NCBI GenBank assembly: GCA_963790205.1
Contig: CAWBNQ010000005.1
Span: 224,001-288,000 of the forward strand
Direction: 5' to 3'
Length of the DNA stretch: 64,000 nt
From: Nitrospirota bacterium
Lineage (GTDB): Bacteria; Nitrospirota; UBA9217
Numbering within the stretch: position 1 is the stretch's first letter; each line of letters starts with the position of its first letter. The notes beneath the pieces are model-generated. The model searched no databases, was not told the origin of the DNA, and was given only the letters and a program-made list of their open reading frames with translations. Of the stretch, positions 11,043-21,200 are shown piece after piece. The position numbers were made by a program, and so were the translations under genes.

Positions 11043-14000
11043 CTATGCAGCAAGTGCATATTCTTTGTGTTGCTGATCAAAGATGTGGAGAATAGCCTGT
11101 TGTTCCGGCGATATTAACAAATCGGTCCTGATAGTTTTTATCTGTGCAAGTGCCTTAAGAGCGTATTTAACAACCGCTTCAGCCCCTTCTGGAAATATCT
11201 TCTTTACTTTGAGCAAGTCGAGCCCGCTGTTAATCGTCTGTTCAGCCTGTGCACGTATGATCACTACTGCTTTATGCTGCTCCAGATGACCACGGCAGTC
11301 ACTCCACCGGATTGACTGACCAGTTTCAACAAATAGTCCGCGTGGGGCAGATGCGACCGCCTTTCTGAAACCAGCATGATCTTTCTTATCAAGAAAGGTT
11401 TTGCACCACTCTGGATGAGTAGCCAGAAGTAGAGCGTCAAGGTGATCCATGCTTGATAGGACACCCGCGTATTCCACAATTGATAGCGCAGCTGCACATA
11501 TAGTCCTGTCTGAGACGTTTGCGGGATAGGATGTTGCGGCCAGAGCATCAACATCGATGTCCGGAAGCAATGGCAGGAAGAGACTCTCTGGTCCAACGAT
11601 CTTTACTTTTCGAACTTCCTTTTCTTCCCATAGGCCAGCATTTACCTCTTGCTGGTGAATTTCGTAATTCCGCTTTAAGAGACGCTTAAGTACTTCTTGG
11701 CGAGCACCAGGTGAAATAGTGAACCGAATACGGTCGTTTTCAGAGAGGGTATCGATCTCATAGAAATCATGCCCCAGACTGAGGTTGTTCCAGCCGTAGG
11801 CATCTCGGATAGCCTCATCTAGTTTTTGGTGTAGATAGCGCAGTTCTAGGATGCCTTTATAGCCCGCTTCGGATTCCGCAAGAGTCTTCATGCTGACCTT
11901 GGCAACCGATGAGGGAGTCATGCCTCGGTCATGAAACAGGTTGTATATATCAGTCAGACCCAGCCAAAGTTGACGCATGAGAGTGCTACGATGATCATGG
12001 TAGCGATTACCTATAGAGGTTAGTCCGGCGTTAGTCGTTTGCCACAGTCCTTCAGGAAATGGAAATGTATCAAAACATTTAGATGGCGAATAACGCAAAT
12101 CCTGTTTCAGTGCACCGCTGTATTTACGTGCCCAAGCTTCGTGAAAACCTGACTGGACGACTGCATAGAGATCCCATCGGTCGGTGGTGAAGACTTTTAG
12201 GGCATGAGAGAAAACGATATTTGTTGGGGCCGCAGAGAAGCTAAGGTACTTCGTTGTTGCTGCAGCAACAAAACAATGGGGTAGCCCTTTGATTTTTGAG
12301 GTCATTTCCATGCGCGGCCGAAGGAATATCCACCATTTGCCTTTAGCACCTTTATCATGCTCTTTTTCACGCATTGGCTTTACGCGGTCTTCGACAATCT
12401 TAATCGGTTCAGAATACTTCTGTGCTCTTTCTAAGGGCCAATCGAAAAAATTAATGATTTCTCGCTCAGGTTGCTGTTCTGGATGATTATTAAGTTCATG
12501 CCCGTTGATGATAGGAAAGATTACATCACGATTACGAGGATCCCTATCAATCATACGGCGCGCTTCGTCGTGGTTCAATAAAAAGCCGTCCCCCTGCCAC
12601 TTAGCTCCCTCGTAGAGTACGTCTGCATTCTGTTTCAAAACAAGGGGCGCATCGGTGTCCTGTGAATCCTCAAAATAGGCATTGATCACTGACACTTCCC
12701 GATTGTCAATGAAACATTTGCCCCTCCATTGCCCCTTATGAACGCCAACGAGAGAAACTATTATGTTAGCGCGACCAGGCCACTTAATGCCACGTACAAC
12801 AAAGTTTATTGCGCCCCCCTGAACTATCACCTGCTCAAGCCCGTCTTTTCTGATGTCACCATCCTTGATTGAGTTGGTTGTAATTAGGGCAGTGATGCCG
12901 TCTGGACTGAGCAGAGTGTAAATACGTCGAACGAAATACGCTACCAAATCGCTCAATCCGGTCGGGGCATACTCCCACTTGACGTAATTGCAGAAAGAAT
13001 AGCCGTAAGTACCGCTCAGATGGGTTCCGCCCAAATACGGCGGGTTACCAAGAATGCAATCGAAACCGCCTCGTTCAATGATGTCTGGAAATTCTAGAAA
13101 CCAGTGGAAGAAACGTTTACCATGAGCTATCGACCAAGCCTCCGCAGTCGATTGTCCCTGAGGATGACGCTCTCCAGACCAGTAGAGACGGAAATCGCTA
13201 TCGGTGGTTAGTTTTGGCTGGTTTTCAGTCGTTTTGGGCAAGTAAAACTGAGCAATAGGAATGGCTGCGATTTGTTCGAGCAGTATGGCGTCAGTACTAT
13301 TTGTAAACTCTATATAGCGCTGCTTCTTAATGTCGAATTCGGAAGGTGTCCGATCAGGCAAATTAGAAAGCTCACGCCAACGAGTTAGGACGGCATCACG
13401 ATGCCTCAGAATTTCCGAAGAGTAATTGAGTGTTACCTGCTTTATATTTGCGCGATCTGATTTATTGCGCCTGCGGAATGCCACTGATATGTCTTTGTCA
13501 TCACCAGGCATGGTGATGAATGCCTCATCAGGCACGCCTCTAATGACGTCCTCCCAACGAGCATAGCCGACAATTGCATTGCCGCACTTGATATGATGAT
13601 CAAGGAAGTTGAGTGGCTCTCCAGGGTTGTGGGCTTCCAGCCAAAGGGCAACTTTGCAAAGTTCCACCGCGAGTGGATTCAAGTCCACACCGTAGATACA
13701 TTCACGGATTACGTCCCGAACAGCTGTGCGAAAGGCCGCTGGTGATGGTTGCTCCTCACCTGTGCGGACAGCAGCCAGTTCCGTAGCAATTCGCCGGGCA
13801 GCAGCCAGCAGGATATGACCGGATCCACAAGAGATATCTGCCACACGTAAGGAAAGCAACGCTTTTTCACGATCCGATTCCTTGAGCTTGTCGGCAATAA
13901 GATAATCAAGGGAATGCTTGATTAAAGGTTGAACCAGATCATCCGGTGTGTAGTGGGAACCGGTAACAGCGCGTTGATCGCCCGGCGCGAAATCGAACTC

Positions 14001-15326
14001 CACCACGCCTTCGCTTTGAATAAATACGGGTTTATATTCCAGTAGCCCCTCATAGACTGAGCCAAATTCTTCGACATTGAGAGCGGCGTAGTTGACGCGG
14101 ATCACCTGACCTGTGTCAGGATGCTGGTAAAGACCAAGCGAACGCAGACAGCCGAGGAGCACATCATTGCCGAGGGTGCAGCCACCGAGTTGACCGATGG
14201 CAAAGGGGCTGAACAGGTCCCCTGCCAACGGTGCGATTCCAAGTTTTTGACCAGGACCACCGGCTTCAAAAAGACGAAAAGTAGTCAGCAATGAAAGCCA
14301 ATGGTCATTCTTGCGGCGGTCGGCTAAATAACGCTTCTCGGAGAGGCGGCGCAGGCGCTGGAGGCTGTAGTAGTGCTCGTATATATCTCGTTTAGAGGCG
14401 TCCGACTTTACGGGAAAGACAAGGCCGCGCTCCTCGATCACCATCAGGAAGAGGAGGCGATAGATCAGCCGTAGCAGGTGTTGGTAGTAGGCATCAGGTT
14501 CCAGTTCGTCGGAGACCACTGTTTGACGAAGTGAATCGTTGGCGGGATGAGCAAGAAACCCATTTGCAAATTCACGGATAGCACTCTCGACCGCACGGCT
14601 CAAACCATCGCGGATGCGCGCGCCGGAATCAAGGGAGTCTTGGTGATAACGCTCAATAATGCACTCTGCCGAAGTTTCGGGCGAGACAGGCAGCCTTGAT
14701 GCATGCAACAGTCGATAAAGAACAGCAAAATCGGCAAACAAACCGTCGTTGAAGATCCTATCAAGATCGAACTCCAGGTAGGTCAGTTTGACAAGTCGCG
14801 AACTATCACGCAGCAGACGAAGCACTCGGCCGTTTGTTACAAGACCGTACAGTCCATCCGTAAGGTTGAGATACTCTTGCACCATTCCATGCGCAGACAT
14901 GCGTAGGACGGCTTTTTCGGGCTTCCTATCCAGCCCCGCCGGCTCGCGATAACCGACGATATGAACTGGGATACGTCCACGATTACTAAGACGGTGGGAG
15001 ATAGCATAAGTCTTACCATTCAATTCCACGCTCTTTTGCTGGTATTCAAGCTCGTAGCCAAGCAAAGAAAGAAACGGGACTACCCAGAGACTGCGCGTTT
15101 CCGTCGTGGCTGGATTATCGACTTTGACCGCTTCCAATTTTCGCTGAAAAATACGCCAATAGTCCTGTGCATCAGCCCAGGCACGGACAATTTCATCTTT
15201 CACCTTTCTGGATGAGTCGAAACCAAAGTCTAGCGGACGTTGGCCGTTAGCTTCTTCGAGCCGAGTCAGAATGTCAGGTGAAAGGATGGCTCCTTCTATG
15301 CGGATGCTTGGATAGTTCATAGGCAT
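11043..15326 (-). CDS. Eco57I/type IIG-like N6-adenine DNA methyltransferase (DrmMI-like) with TRD and extra C-terminal domain
   Basis: GSHYTP, DISCGSGHIL (SAM binding), GVDLNP, GNPPY; N-terminal QEYLN..TNG; LRYSPSKCFDTFPFP TRD end. Confidence 0.9.
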   Translation of the reverse strand: MPMNYPSIRIEGAILSPDILTRLEEANGQRPLDFGFDSSRKVKDEIVRAWADAQDYWRIFQRKLEAVKVDNPATTETRSLWVVPFLSLLGYELEYQQKSVELNGKTYAISHRLSNRGRIPVHIVGYREPAGLDRKPEKAVLRMSAHGMVQEYLNLTDGLYGLVTNGRVLRLLRDSSRLVKLTYLEFDLDRIFNDGLFADFAVLYRLLHASRLPVSPETSAECIIERYHQDSLDSGARIRDGLSRAVESAIREFANGFLAHPANDSLRQTVVSDELEPDAYYQHLLRLIYRLLFLMVIEERGLVFPVKSDASKRDIYEHYYSLQRLRRLSEKRYLADRRKNDHWLSLLTTFRLFEAGGPGQKLGIAPLAGDLFSPFAIGQLGGCTLGNDVLLGCLRSLGLYQHPDTGQVIRVNYAALNVEEFGSVYEGLLEYKPVFIQSEGVVEFDFAPGDQRAVTGSHYTPDDLVQPLIKHSLDYLIADKLKESDREKALLSLRVADISCGSGHILLAAARRIATELAAVRTGEEQPSPAAFRTAVRDVIRECIYGVDLNPLAVELCKVALWLEAHNPGEPLNFLDHHIKCGNAIVGYARWEDVIRGVPDEAFITMPGDDKDISVAFRRRNKSDRANIKQVTLNYSSEILRHRDAVLTRWRELSNLPDRTPSEFDIKKQRYIEFTNSTDAILLEQIAAIPIAQFYLPKTTENQPKLTTDSDFRLYWSGERHPQGQSTAEAWSIAHGKRFFHWFLEFPDIIERGGFDCILGNPPYLGGTHLSGTYGYSFCNYVKWEYAPTGLSDLVAYFVRRIYTLLSPDGITALITTNSIKDGDIRKDGLEQVIVQGGAINFVVRGIKWPGRANIIVSLVGVHKGQWRGKCFIDNREVSVINAYFEDSQDTDAPLVLKQNADVLYEGAKWQGDGFLLNHDEARRMIDRDPRNRDVIFPIINGHELNNHPEQQPEREIINFFDWPLERAQKYSEPIKIVEDRVKPMREKEHDKGAKGKWWIFLRPRMEMTSKIKGLPHCFVAAATTKYLSFSAAPTNIVFSHALKVFTTDRWDLYAVVQSGFHEAWARKYSGALKQDLRYSPSKCFDTFPFPEGLWQTTNAGLTSIGNRYHDHRSTLMRQLWLGLTDIYNLFHDRGMTPSSVAKVSMKTLAESEAGYKGILELRYLHQKLDEAIRDAYGWNNLSLGHDFYEIDTLSENDRIRFTISPGARQEVLKRLLKRNYEIHQQEVNAGLWEEKEVRKVKIVGPESLFLPLLPDIDVDALAATSYPANVSDRTICAAALSIVEYAGVLSSMDHLDALLLATHPEWCKTFLDKKDHAGFRKAVASAPRGLFVETGQSIRWSDCRGHLEQHKAVVIIRAQAEQTINSGLDLLKVKKIFPEGAEAVVKYALKALAQIKTIRTDLLISPEQQAILHIFDQQHKEYALAA

Positions 15327-18202
15327 GCCTCGGCATTCCCGCCATCAGGGAGGAGAATGTAAACACCGAGAAGATCCATTGGCAATACCGGATAAACGAC
15401 CTGAAAACGTTTTGCATCCATAAGTGAACTGAAACGTTCATGGGATTCGACGAGCCGCTTTGATTGTTGCTCGGCAACCTTATCGAACTCTCCTCTTAAA
15501 TTATCAAGAAGTTTAAGTTCGTTTTCCAAGAAACCGGTGCGCGCCTGTGGGGTGAGTTCGGAAGACGCACGGGCCTCGGCCAACAAAACCCTTGCCTGGC
15601 CGTGTTCGAGAAACTCCTTGTCCTGCGGTGTGCCGCGCCATCCCCAGAGCAGCATTTCCTCAGCTACGATCTGGTGTTCACCTTTGCTCTGCTCTATCAC
15701 GTTGCGACATCGGAAAAGCAGCAATGTAGTCTTGGTCTTTACCTGCTTGGTGCGAATGATGGCTGCGCGCGCCGCACATTTATCCACGCGAGCGAGGGTA
15801 TTGGCCATGACAAGCTGACAAAGTTGTTCTACAAAACGGTGGTTACGCCCCAGGTAATGGTAGCCATCGGACGTGGGTGACCGGAAGCTTACTTTGACTG
15901 GATCGCCTTGTGGCAGTAAATCCCTCAACTGGGGCGACATGTTACCCATGACGATTCGGTAACCCTTGGCATCCTTGGTGACCTGCACACCAAGCAGGTT
16001 GTTCAGAACAGAGGTCACGAACTCTTCCACTGCTTTGGGATCGCCTATGGCTTCATCCATCTCACGAAGGTCAGCTTCGATCTCTTGAGCCTTAATGGCA
16101 TTCTGGGCGAAGATGCTACGGGATGCCTTTTCTCTCTCTGCGGCTTCGTCAACTTTGCGGGTGACACTTGCCTTAGCCGAGGCGGCTTCATCAAAACTAC
16201 TGAAGTCGAATTGGATCTGGTGCTTATCACGTTTTTTTTCGATCTGGCGATCAGGATTGAGCAGCAAGGCCTGGGTAATCGTGTCTATGATACTTTGAGA
16301 ATCCTCTGGAAAAGGAACATTGATGCCGGTAGCGCGCTTGATCTCGCGAACCTTGCGTAAGAGCACATCGAGAACGATGCCGTCTATCGGGTTATCCGCC
16401 CCGTAGAGTAGACAAGCCTTTACCTTCGGGGCCATCTGGCCGAATCGATCCACGCGGCCTTCTCGTTGCTCAAGCCGGTTCGGATTCCATGGCAAGTCGT
16501 AATGGAGAACACCGGTAAAGTGTTCTTGCAGATTGATACCTTCGCTCAGGCAGTCGGTTGCAATTAAGATGCGCAACTGAGACTTTCCCATTGCATCTAT
16601 GTGCTGCTTGCGCAGCTCGTCAGGAAGTTCACTCGTTATGACTTGAAGGTCGAGCTTCGGATACTTCTTTTTGAGCGCCGTTTCGAGTTGTGCGCCGATA
16701 TAGTTAGCTGTGGCGATATAACGGCAGAAAACAACTGGGTTGAAGCCTTGCTTTAACCAGTCTTCCAGAATCAGTTCGGCTGAAGCAAGTTTTTGGTCAT
16801 CTTTGATCGAGCTCAATTGCTGCAGTTGCTGGGAGAAGTACCGCATGCGTTCGCGTTGGTGTTTTGTCCAATCATTCCGCTCGATGACCTGAGTGGGCGC
16901 GTTGTCACCTTCGAACCCAAATTCAGTATCACGAACTGGGTTTTCCTCAAACGTTTCCTCACCCGCTAAGGCAGTTTCTGCGTCATCTTTCGCAGCAGAT
17001 GCGAGGTTAGAAAGCCTGGTGTTGAGCATCTCGATACCAGCAGCGGGGCTAGACATCACACCACGCAATAGTGCGAGTGCAGTCCAATATTGGACCCGCT
17101 TCTGGACGCCTCGTTCGGAGTCCGGAGCGATTAGCTTACGAGCAAAGTCGAGGATTTCGTCAAAAAAGTGAGAATAGCTGGTTGAGAGGTCATAGGCCCA
17201 CTCGAAAGCTTCACGCTCAGGGAATGGCGTGTCTTCCCCCATCCATTTTTCGACATCGGCCCGCTTGCGCTGAACAAAGTGACGTGCCAGATCGCGGCGC
17301 TGTGCTTGCGAGGAACTGGGAAGGTCAATCATCTCGAATTCCGGACTGAGCAGGCCGAGCAACGAATGAAATTCCTCGGGCTTCCCGCTGTGCGGTGTGG
17401 CGGTGAGCATGATAAGCTGCTGGTTCGGCTTCTCGGCGATTCTGCTGACAAGATGGTAGCGTTGTTGCTGGCTGGCAGAAGCGCCGGTAGGCCGTGCGCA
17501 GGTATGGGTTTCGTCCACGATCACCATTTCTGGACACTGCTCGACAAATACATCGCGCCTGGTATCGGACTTGATGAAATCAATGCTGATGACTTGGTAA
17601 GGATAGTAATCATAGACACTTGTGTCACCCTGTATCTGCCGGTCGAGTCGTGCCTGGGTGTTGGAGCGAATGATGACCGCCTCAATATCGAGCTTAGCAC
17701 GAATCTCGGCCTGCCACTGTTCGCAGAGATGAGGCAGACATATTACGGCAAAGCGTTTGATCTTGCGTCGCTCCAACAGTTCTTTAACGATGAGCAACGC
17801 CTCTACTGTCTTTCCTACACCGACATCATCGGCAATGAGCAAACGTACCGATTCCTGACGCAAGGCCATGATAAGCGGCACCATCTGGTAGGAACGCGGC
17901 CGGAAGGAGAGTTTTGCCAGGGCGCGAAACGGGCCGGCGCCGTTGCGAAAAGCCAAACGAGCGGAGTCATAGAGCAAGCGGGCTGTGCTGATATCTCCGA
18001 GGTCCAATGCCCCTGGCGACGGAAAGCTCGCATCCTCGGGTTGGTCGGCTTCAATGCCCAGCGGCAGATAAATACCTGCGGTTTCATCGTCAGAGCCACC
18101 AAGCGGTTTGACGATCAAAAGATCTTTATCATCTGATGGGAGGACGATCCAGTCGCGTCCACGGAGGGAGACTAACTTTCCCGGTTGAAGTTGTACTGTC
18201 AT
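15317..18202 (-). CDS. SNF2-family helicase (DrmD-like)
   Basis: LLIADDVGVGKT, DETH, TATPHSG, SEGINLQ, WNPNRLEQREGRVDR. Confidence 0.9.
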   Translation of the reverse strand: MTVQLQPGKLVSLRGRDWIVLPSDDKDLLIVKPLGGSDDETAGIYLPLGIEADQPEDASFPSPGALDLGDISTARLLYDSARLAFRNGAGPFRALAKLSFRPRSYQMVPLIMALRQESVRLLIADDVGVGKTVEALLIVKELLERRKIKRFAVICLPHLCEQWQAEIRAKLDIEAVIIRSNTQARLDRQIQGDTSVYDYYPYQVISIDFIKSDTRRDVFVEQCPEMVIVDETHTCARPTGASASQQQRYHLVSRIAEKPNQQLIMLTATPHSGKPEEFHSLLGLLSPEFEMIDLPSSSQAQRRDLARHFVQRKRADVEKWMGEDTPFPEREAFEWAYDLSTSYSHFFDEILDFARKLIAPDSERGVQKRVQYWTALALLRGVMSSPAAGIEMLNTRLSNLASAAKDDAETALAGEETFEENPVRDTEFGFEGDNAPTQVIERNDWTKHQRERMRYFSQQLQQLSSIKDDQKLASAELILEDWLKQGFNPVVFCRYIATANYIGAQLETALKKKYPKLDLQVITSELPDELRKQHIDAMGKSQLRILIATDCLSEGINLQEHFTGVLHYDLPWNPNRLEQREGRVDRFGQMAPKVKACLLYGADNPIDGIVLDVLLRKVREIKRATGINVPFPEDSQSIIDTITQALLLNPDRQIEKKRDKHQIQFDFSSFDEAASAKASVTRKVDEAAEREKASRSIFAQNAIKAQEIEADLREMDEAIGDPKAVEEFVTSVLNNLLGVQVTKDAKGYRIVMGNMSPQLRDLLPQGDPVKVSFRSPTSDGYHYLGRNHRFVEQLCQLVMANTLARVDKCAARAAIIRTKQVKTKTTLLLFRCRNVIEQSKGEHQIVAEEMLLWGWRGTPQDKEFLEHGQARVLLAEARASSELTPQARTGFLENELKLLDNLRGEFDKVAEQQSKRLVESHERFSSLMDAKRFQVVYPVLPMDLLGVYILLPDGGNAEACL

Positions 18203-21200
18203 CGCACCTTCCTGAAAATATCCGGACGGGCTGCTATTTTCTCGGCCAGGCTATCCCGATAGTAGTATACCCAGACTTCATCGCCGCGGGCAATGATGGA
18301 CTGACGCTTGGATTCATCATCCTCCCGAACCTGCGGTTCATCGTGGGGGGTGCCGTCGCAGAAGACCCAGATACGCGGTTCGTAGTAAAAGTCCGGTTGC
18401 ACATAAATGCCATCAACACGCTTCTGAGCTGCGTCGGGCAATCGCAGGCCATTCTGATAGAGGTAATCCAGGAACTTTCGCTCTGTCGACGATGTGGGAT
18501 CGAGTCCTCGGGAGATGGTTTGATACTGGTCCTCGTAGCTGCCGAATCCTGTATTCGTCTGGATCTCAATATTACAGATGCGCAATTTCTCAAGAGCGTC
18601 CTTGATGAGATGTCGGTCTATGATCTTATGGTCGCGCTGGTTGTAGTAACTCAGAAGATCGTCATAGCTTGCCGGTCCTTTGTAGTTCTCATCGTCGTAT
18701 CGGCACAGAGTGATCGCCTGCTCTACGACTTTATGAAAAGCCTCCACGTCTTCAACAAATTGCGAAAGGATACCAAGGCTGCCTTCTGCTGCTTCATAGA
18801 GAAGGATGTTAGGCGCTTCAGGATCACCCACAGTGACCACACCGATCTCATTGGGCTCGGCCTGGAACACGCTTTCGATGGCGCGCTTCAGCGCATGCTG
18901 CAAGGTGATGACACCCTCGGGATTCAGTCCAAGTGGCTGTATCGGCTCGATATGCAGTGCATCGGCCAAATTCGAGGTCCAGAGCTTAACGAGTCGGAAT
19001 TCCTCTCTTGGATTTTCCTCCGGATCCGGCATTGAGTCTCGCCAGTCGCCGGATACCAATCCGATGGGGAAACCCTCGGCCTGTCGCGATCGCCACTGAT
19101 AATTGACATGAACCAGACGAGCCGCAGGCACGTAACGAAGATTCAGGAAGTTATTTTCAGCCGTACGCGCCGCGGCTTTACGCACGCGCTCCAGATGGCC
19201 GCCATCAACGGAGAAATAGGTCCTGATATTGTACCCGCGGGATACCCGCTCTTCCTCTTCGCAAGAAATCCGGTCAACCTCTTCGGCGCGCGACTCGGCC
19301 ATTTCCAGCAGATCATGAAGATGTTCCTTATTTGCGTTATCAGCGAGGTTGCAGCCGGTGAAAGGACAGATTTCGAGATCTTTCTGCTCATCCGTCAGGA
19401 AGTACCCGGCTTTTGTGCTGATCTTCACCTCGGTCAGTGCGGACTCCGCGTCTTGGACCACTAATTGGGTAACTTTGTATTTACGGCCGTTATGGTAGAT
19501 ACGGTTTAGTGGACCGAACTCTCGCATAGCAATGGCGCGCGGACGCGAGATGAACTCGCCGGAGGCATCGCTGGTGGGTAGGAAGATACGAAGCGGCAAT
19601 CGGGTGAAATTGTACCCGGGCAGAAACCCTTCCGAGGCCAGGTATCTATAGGGATAAAATTCGGATAATTCTGTTGACCTGCCAAGGTCGTTACGCAGAA
19701 GATCAAGCTGGCGGGTGGCCTGATCCTGGTTTCTCTTTTGTTTTTTGTAGTCGTCACTGCCCAGACCAAGTGTACCACTTTCGATCTTCTGTGTAGCCTT
19801 TGTAAGGATCGTTCTAGCCGAGCGATATAGTTTTCTCCAACGGTCAATAGCTTCGTTAAGATGATCAGCCAGTTTTGACAAGTTATGTTCGACCCACTGA
19901 TCCGAATACCAGCTTGCAGCCTTTGTCTCGAGCTCGGGAGCAAAATCCCTGATCACTCTCCTGAATTCTGCCTTGAGCGTGTTGAACTGGTTCGGCTGAA
20001 TGCTGAGGCCGGAGCGAACCGCAGGTGTAAGCGGCATCTTATCGTTGTCATCAACGATGAACCGCATAATAGACGGCCGGGCTTCTCCCTGAGCTTCCAG
20101 ACCAGGCAGGCCGATCTCAGATACGGTTAGGGCGTTCAGGTGCGTCAGCAATAATTCGCGATTACAGAGATCGAGACGAGGAGCCTGTACCACTCCGGCT
20201 ACGAGTTCAGCCTGGTGCTGAAAGTAGTGACGGTCATGAGGCGAGTAGCTTGAGCAGTAGGTGAATACCAGCGCACCTTGTCCGCTTCGCCCCCCACGGC
20301 CTGACCGCTGGGCGTAATTCGCAGGATTGGGAGGCGCATTGCGGAGATGCACAACATTCAGACCGCCAATATCGATTCCTAATTCCATGGTTGGCGAACA
20401 AAACAATGCGCTTACCGATTCACTTCGAATACGCTTTTCATCAAGCTCCTTCTTGGCTTCGTCGAGATACCAATCGGCACGAAAGCGGTCTTCCCTATCC
20501 AGACGGGCTTCGGTGTTCAATTGCCCAGTATGATCTTCAGCTCGCAGCCTTTTAGTCAAAGAGAAGTCGCGCCGGTACATATCTCTGAAAAACGCATTCG
20601 GCCTGGGTGTTTGGTCCTTGTAAGAGCGCCGCTTTATAACGTCGGACTTTACTGTTTTGCCATCGCCGAGCTTCCAAACGATCTTCTCGATCTTGAGGCG
20701 ATAAATCGGTATTTCTTCGTTCTTATCGCTGCGTGCGAGTTGAGACTTGAGATAATCCGCCTGTTCCAGCTTCGTCATCAGCTGGACAATGAAGTTCCGA
20801 TAGTGGTCGCCCTTAAGATTAATCTCCAGCCCACGTTGCCGGACATAGAGTTTAATGAACTTGCCCAGCGCACTGGCCGGTCCCATGCTTTTTGAAAAGA
20901 GTTTTGCGGAGCGGTGCAGTGGCTCATAGCGGATGACAAAAGGTTCCCGTAATCGCTCTTTCTGGTCCAAGGTCCAGGGAGGACGCAGCATCTCAATGAA
21001 CTGCTTTTCGTTTTCTCTGATCGCATTCTGTGTAAGATAGTTCTCGCTATGGATGGCGTATTCAAGGCGGAAGAAATCGAGAATCGTGCAGACAAACTCT
21101 CTGCGGTCGGCATGACTTAAAGCGCTCAAAAGCGGAATGTCCCGCCAGAAGGTATCCTCTGCAGCGACTTCATCCAAGTCCAGATATTCTATGGATAGCA

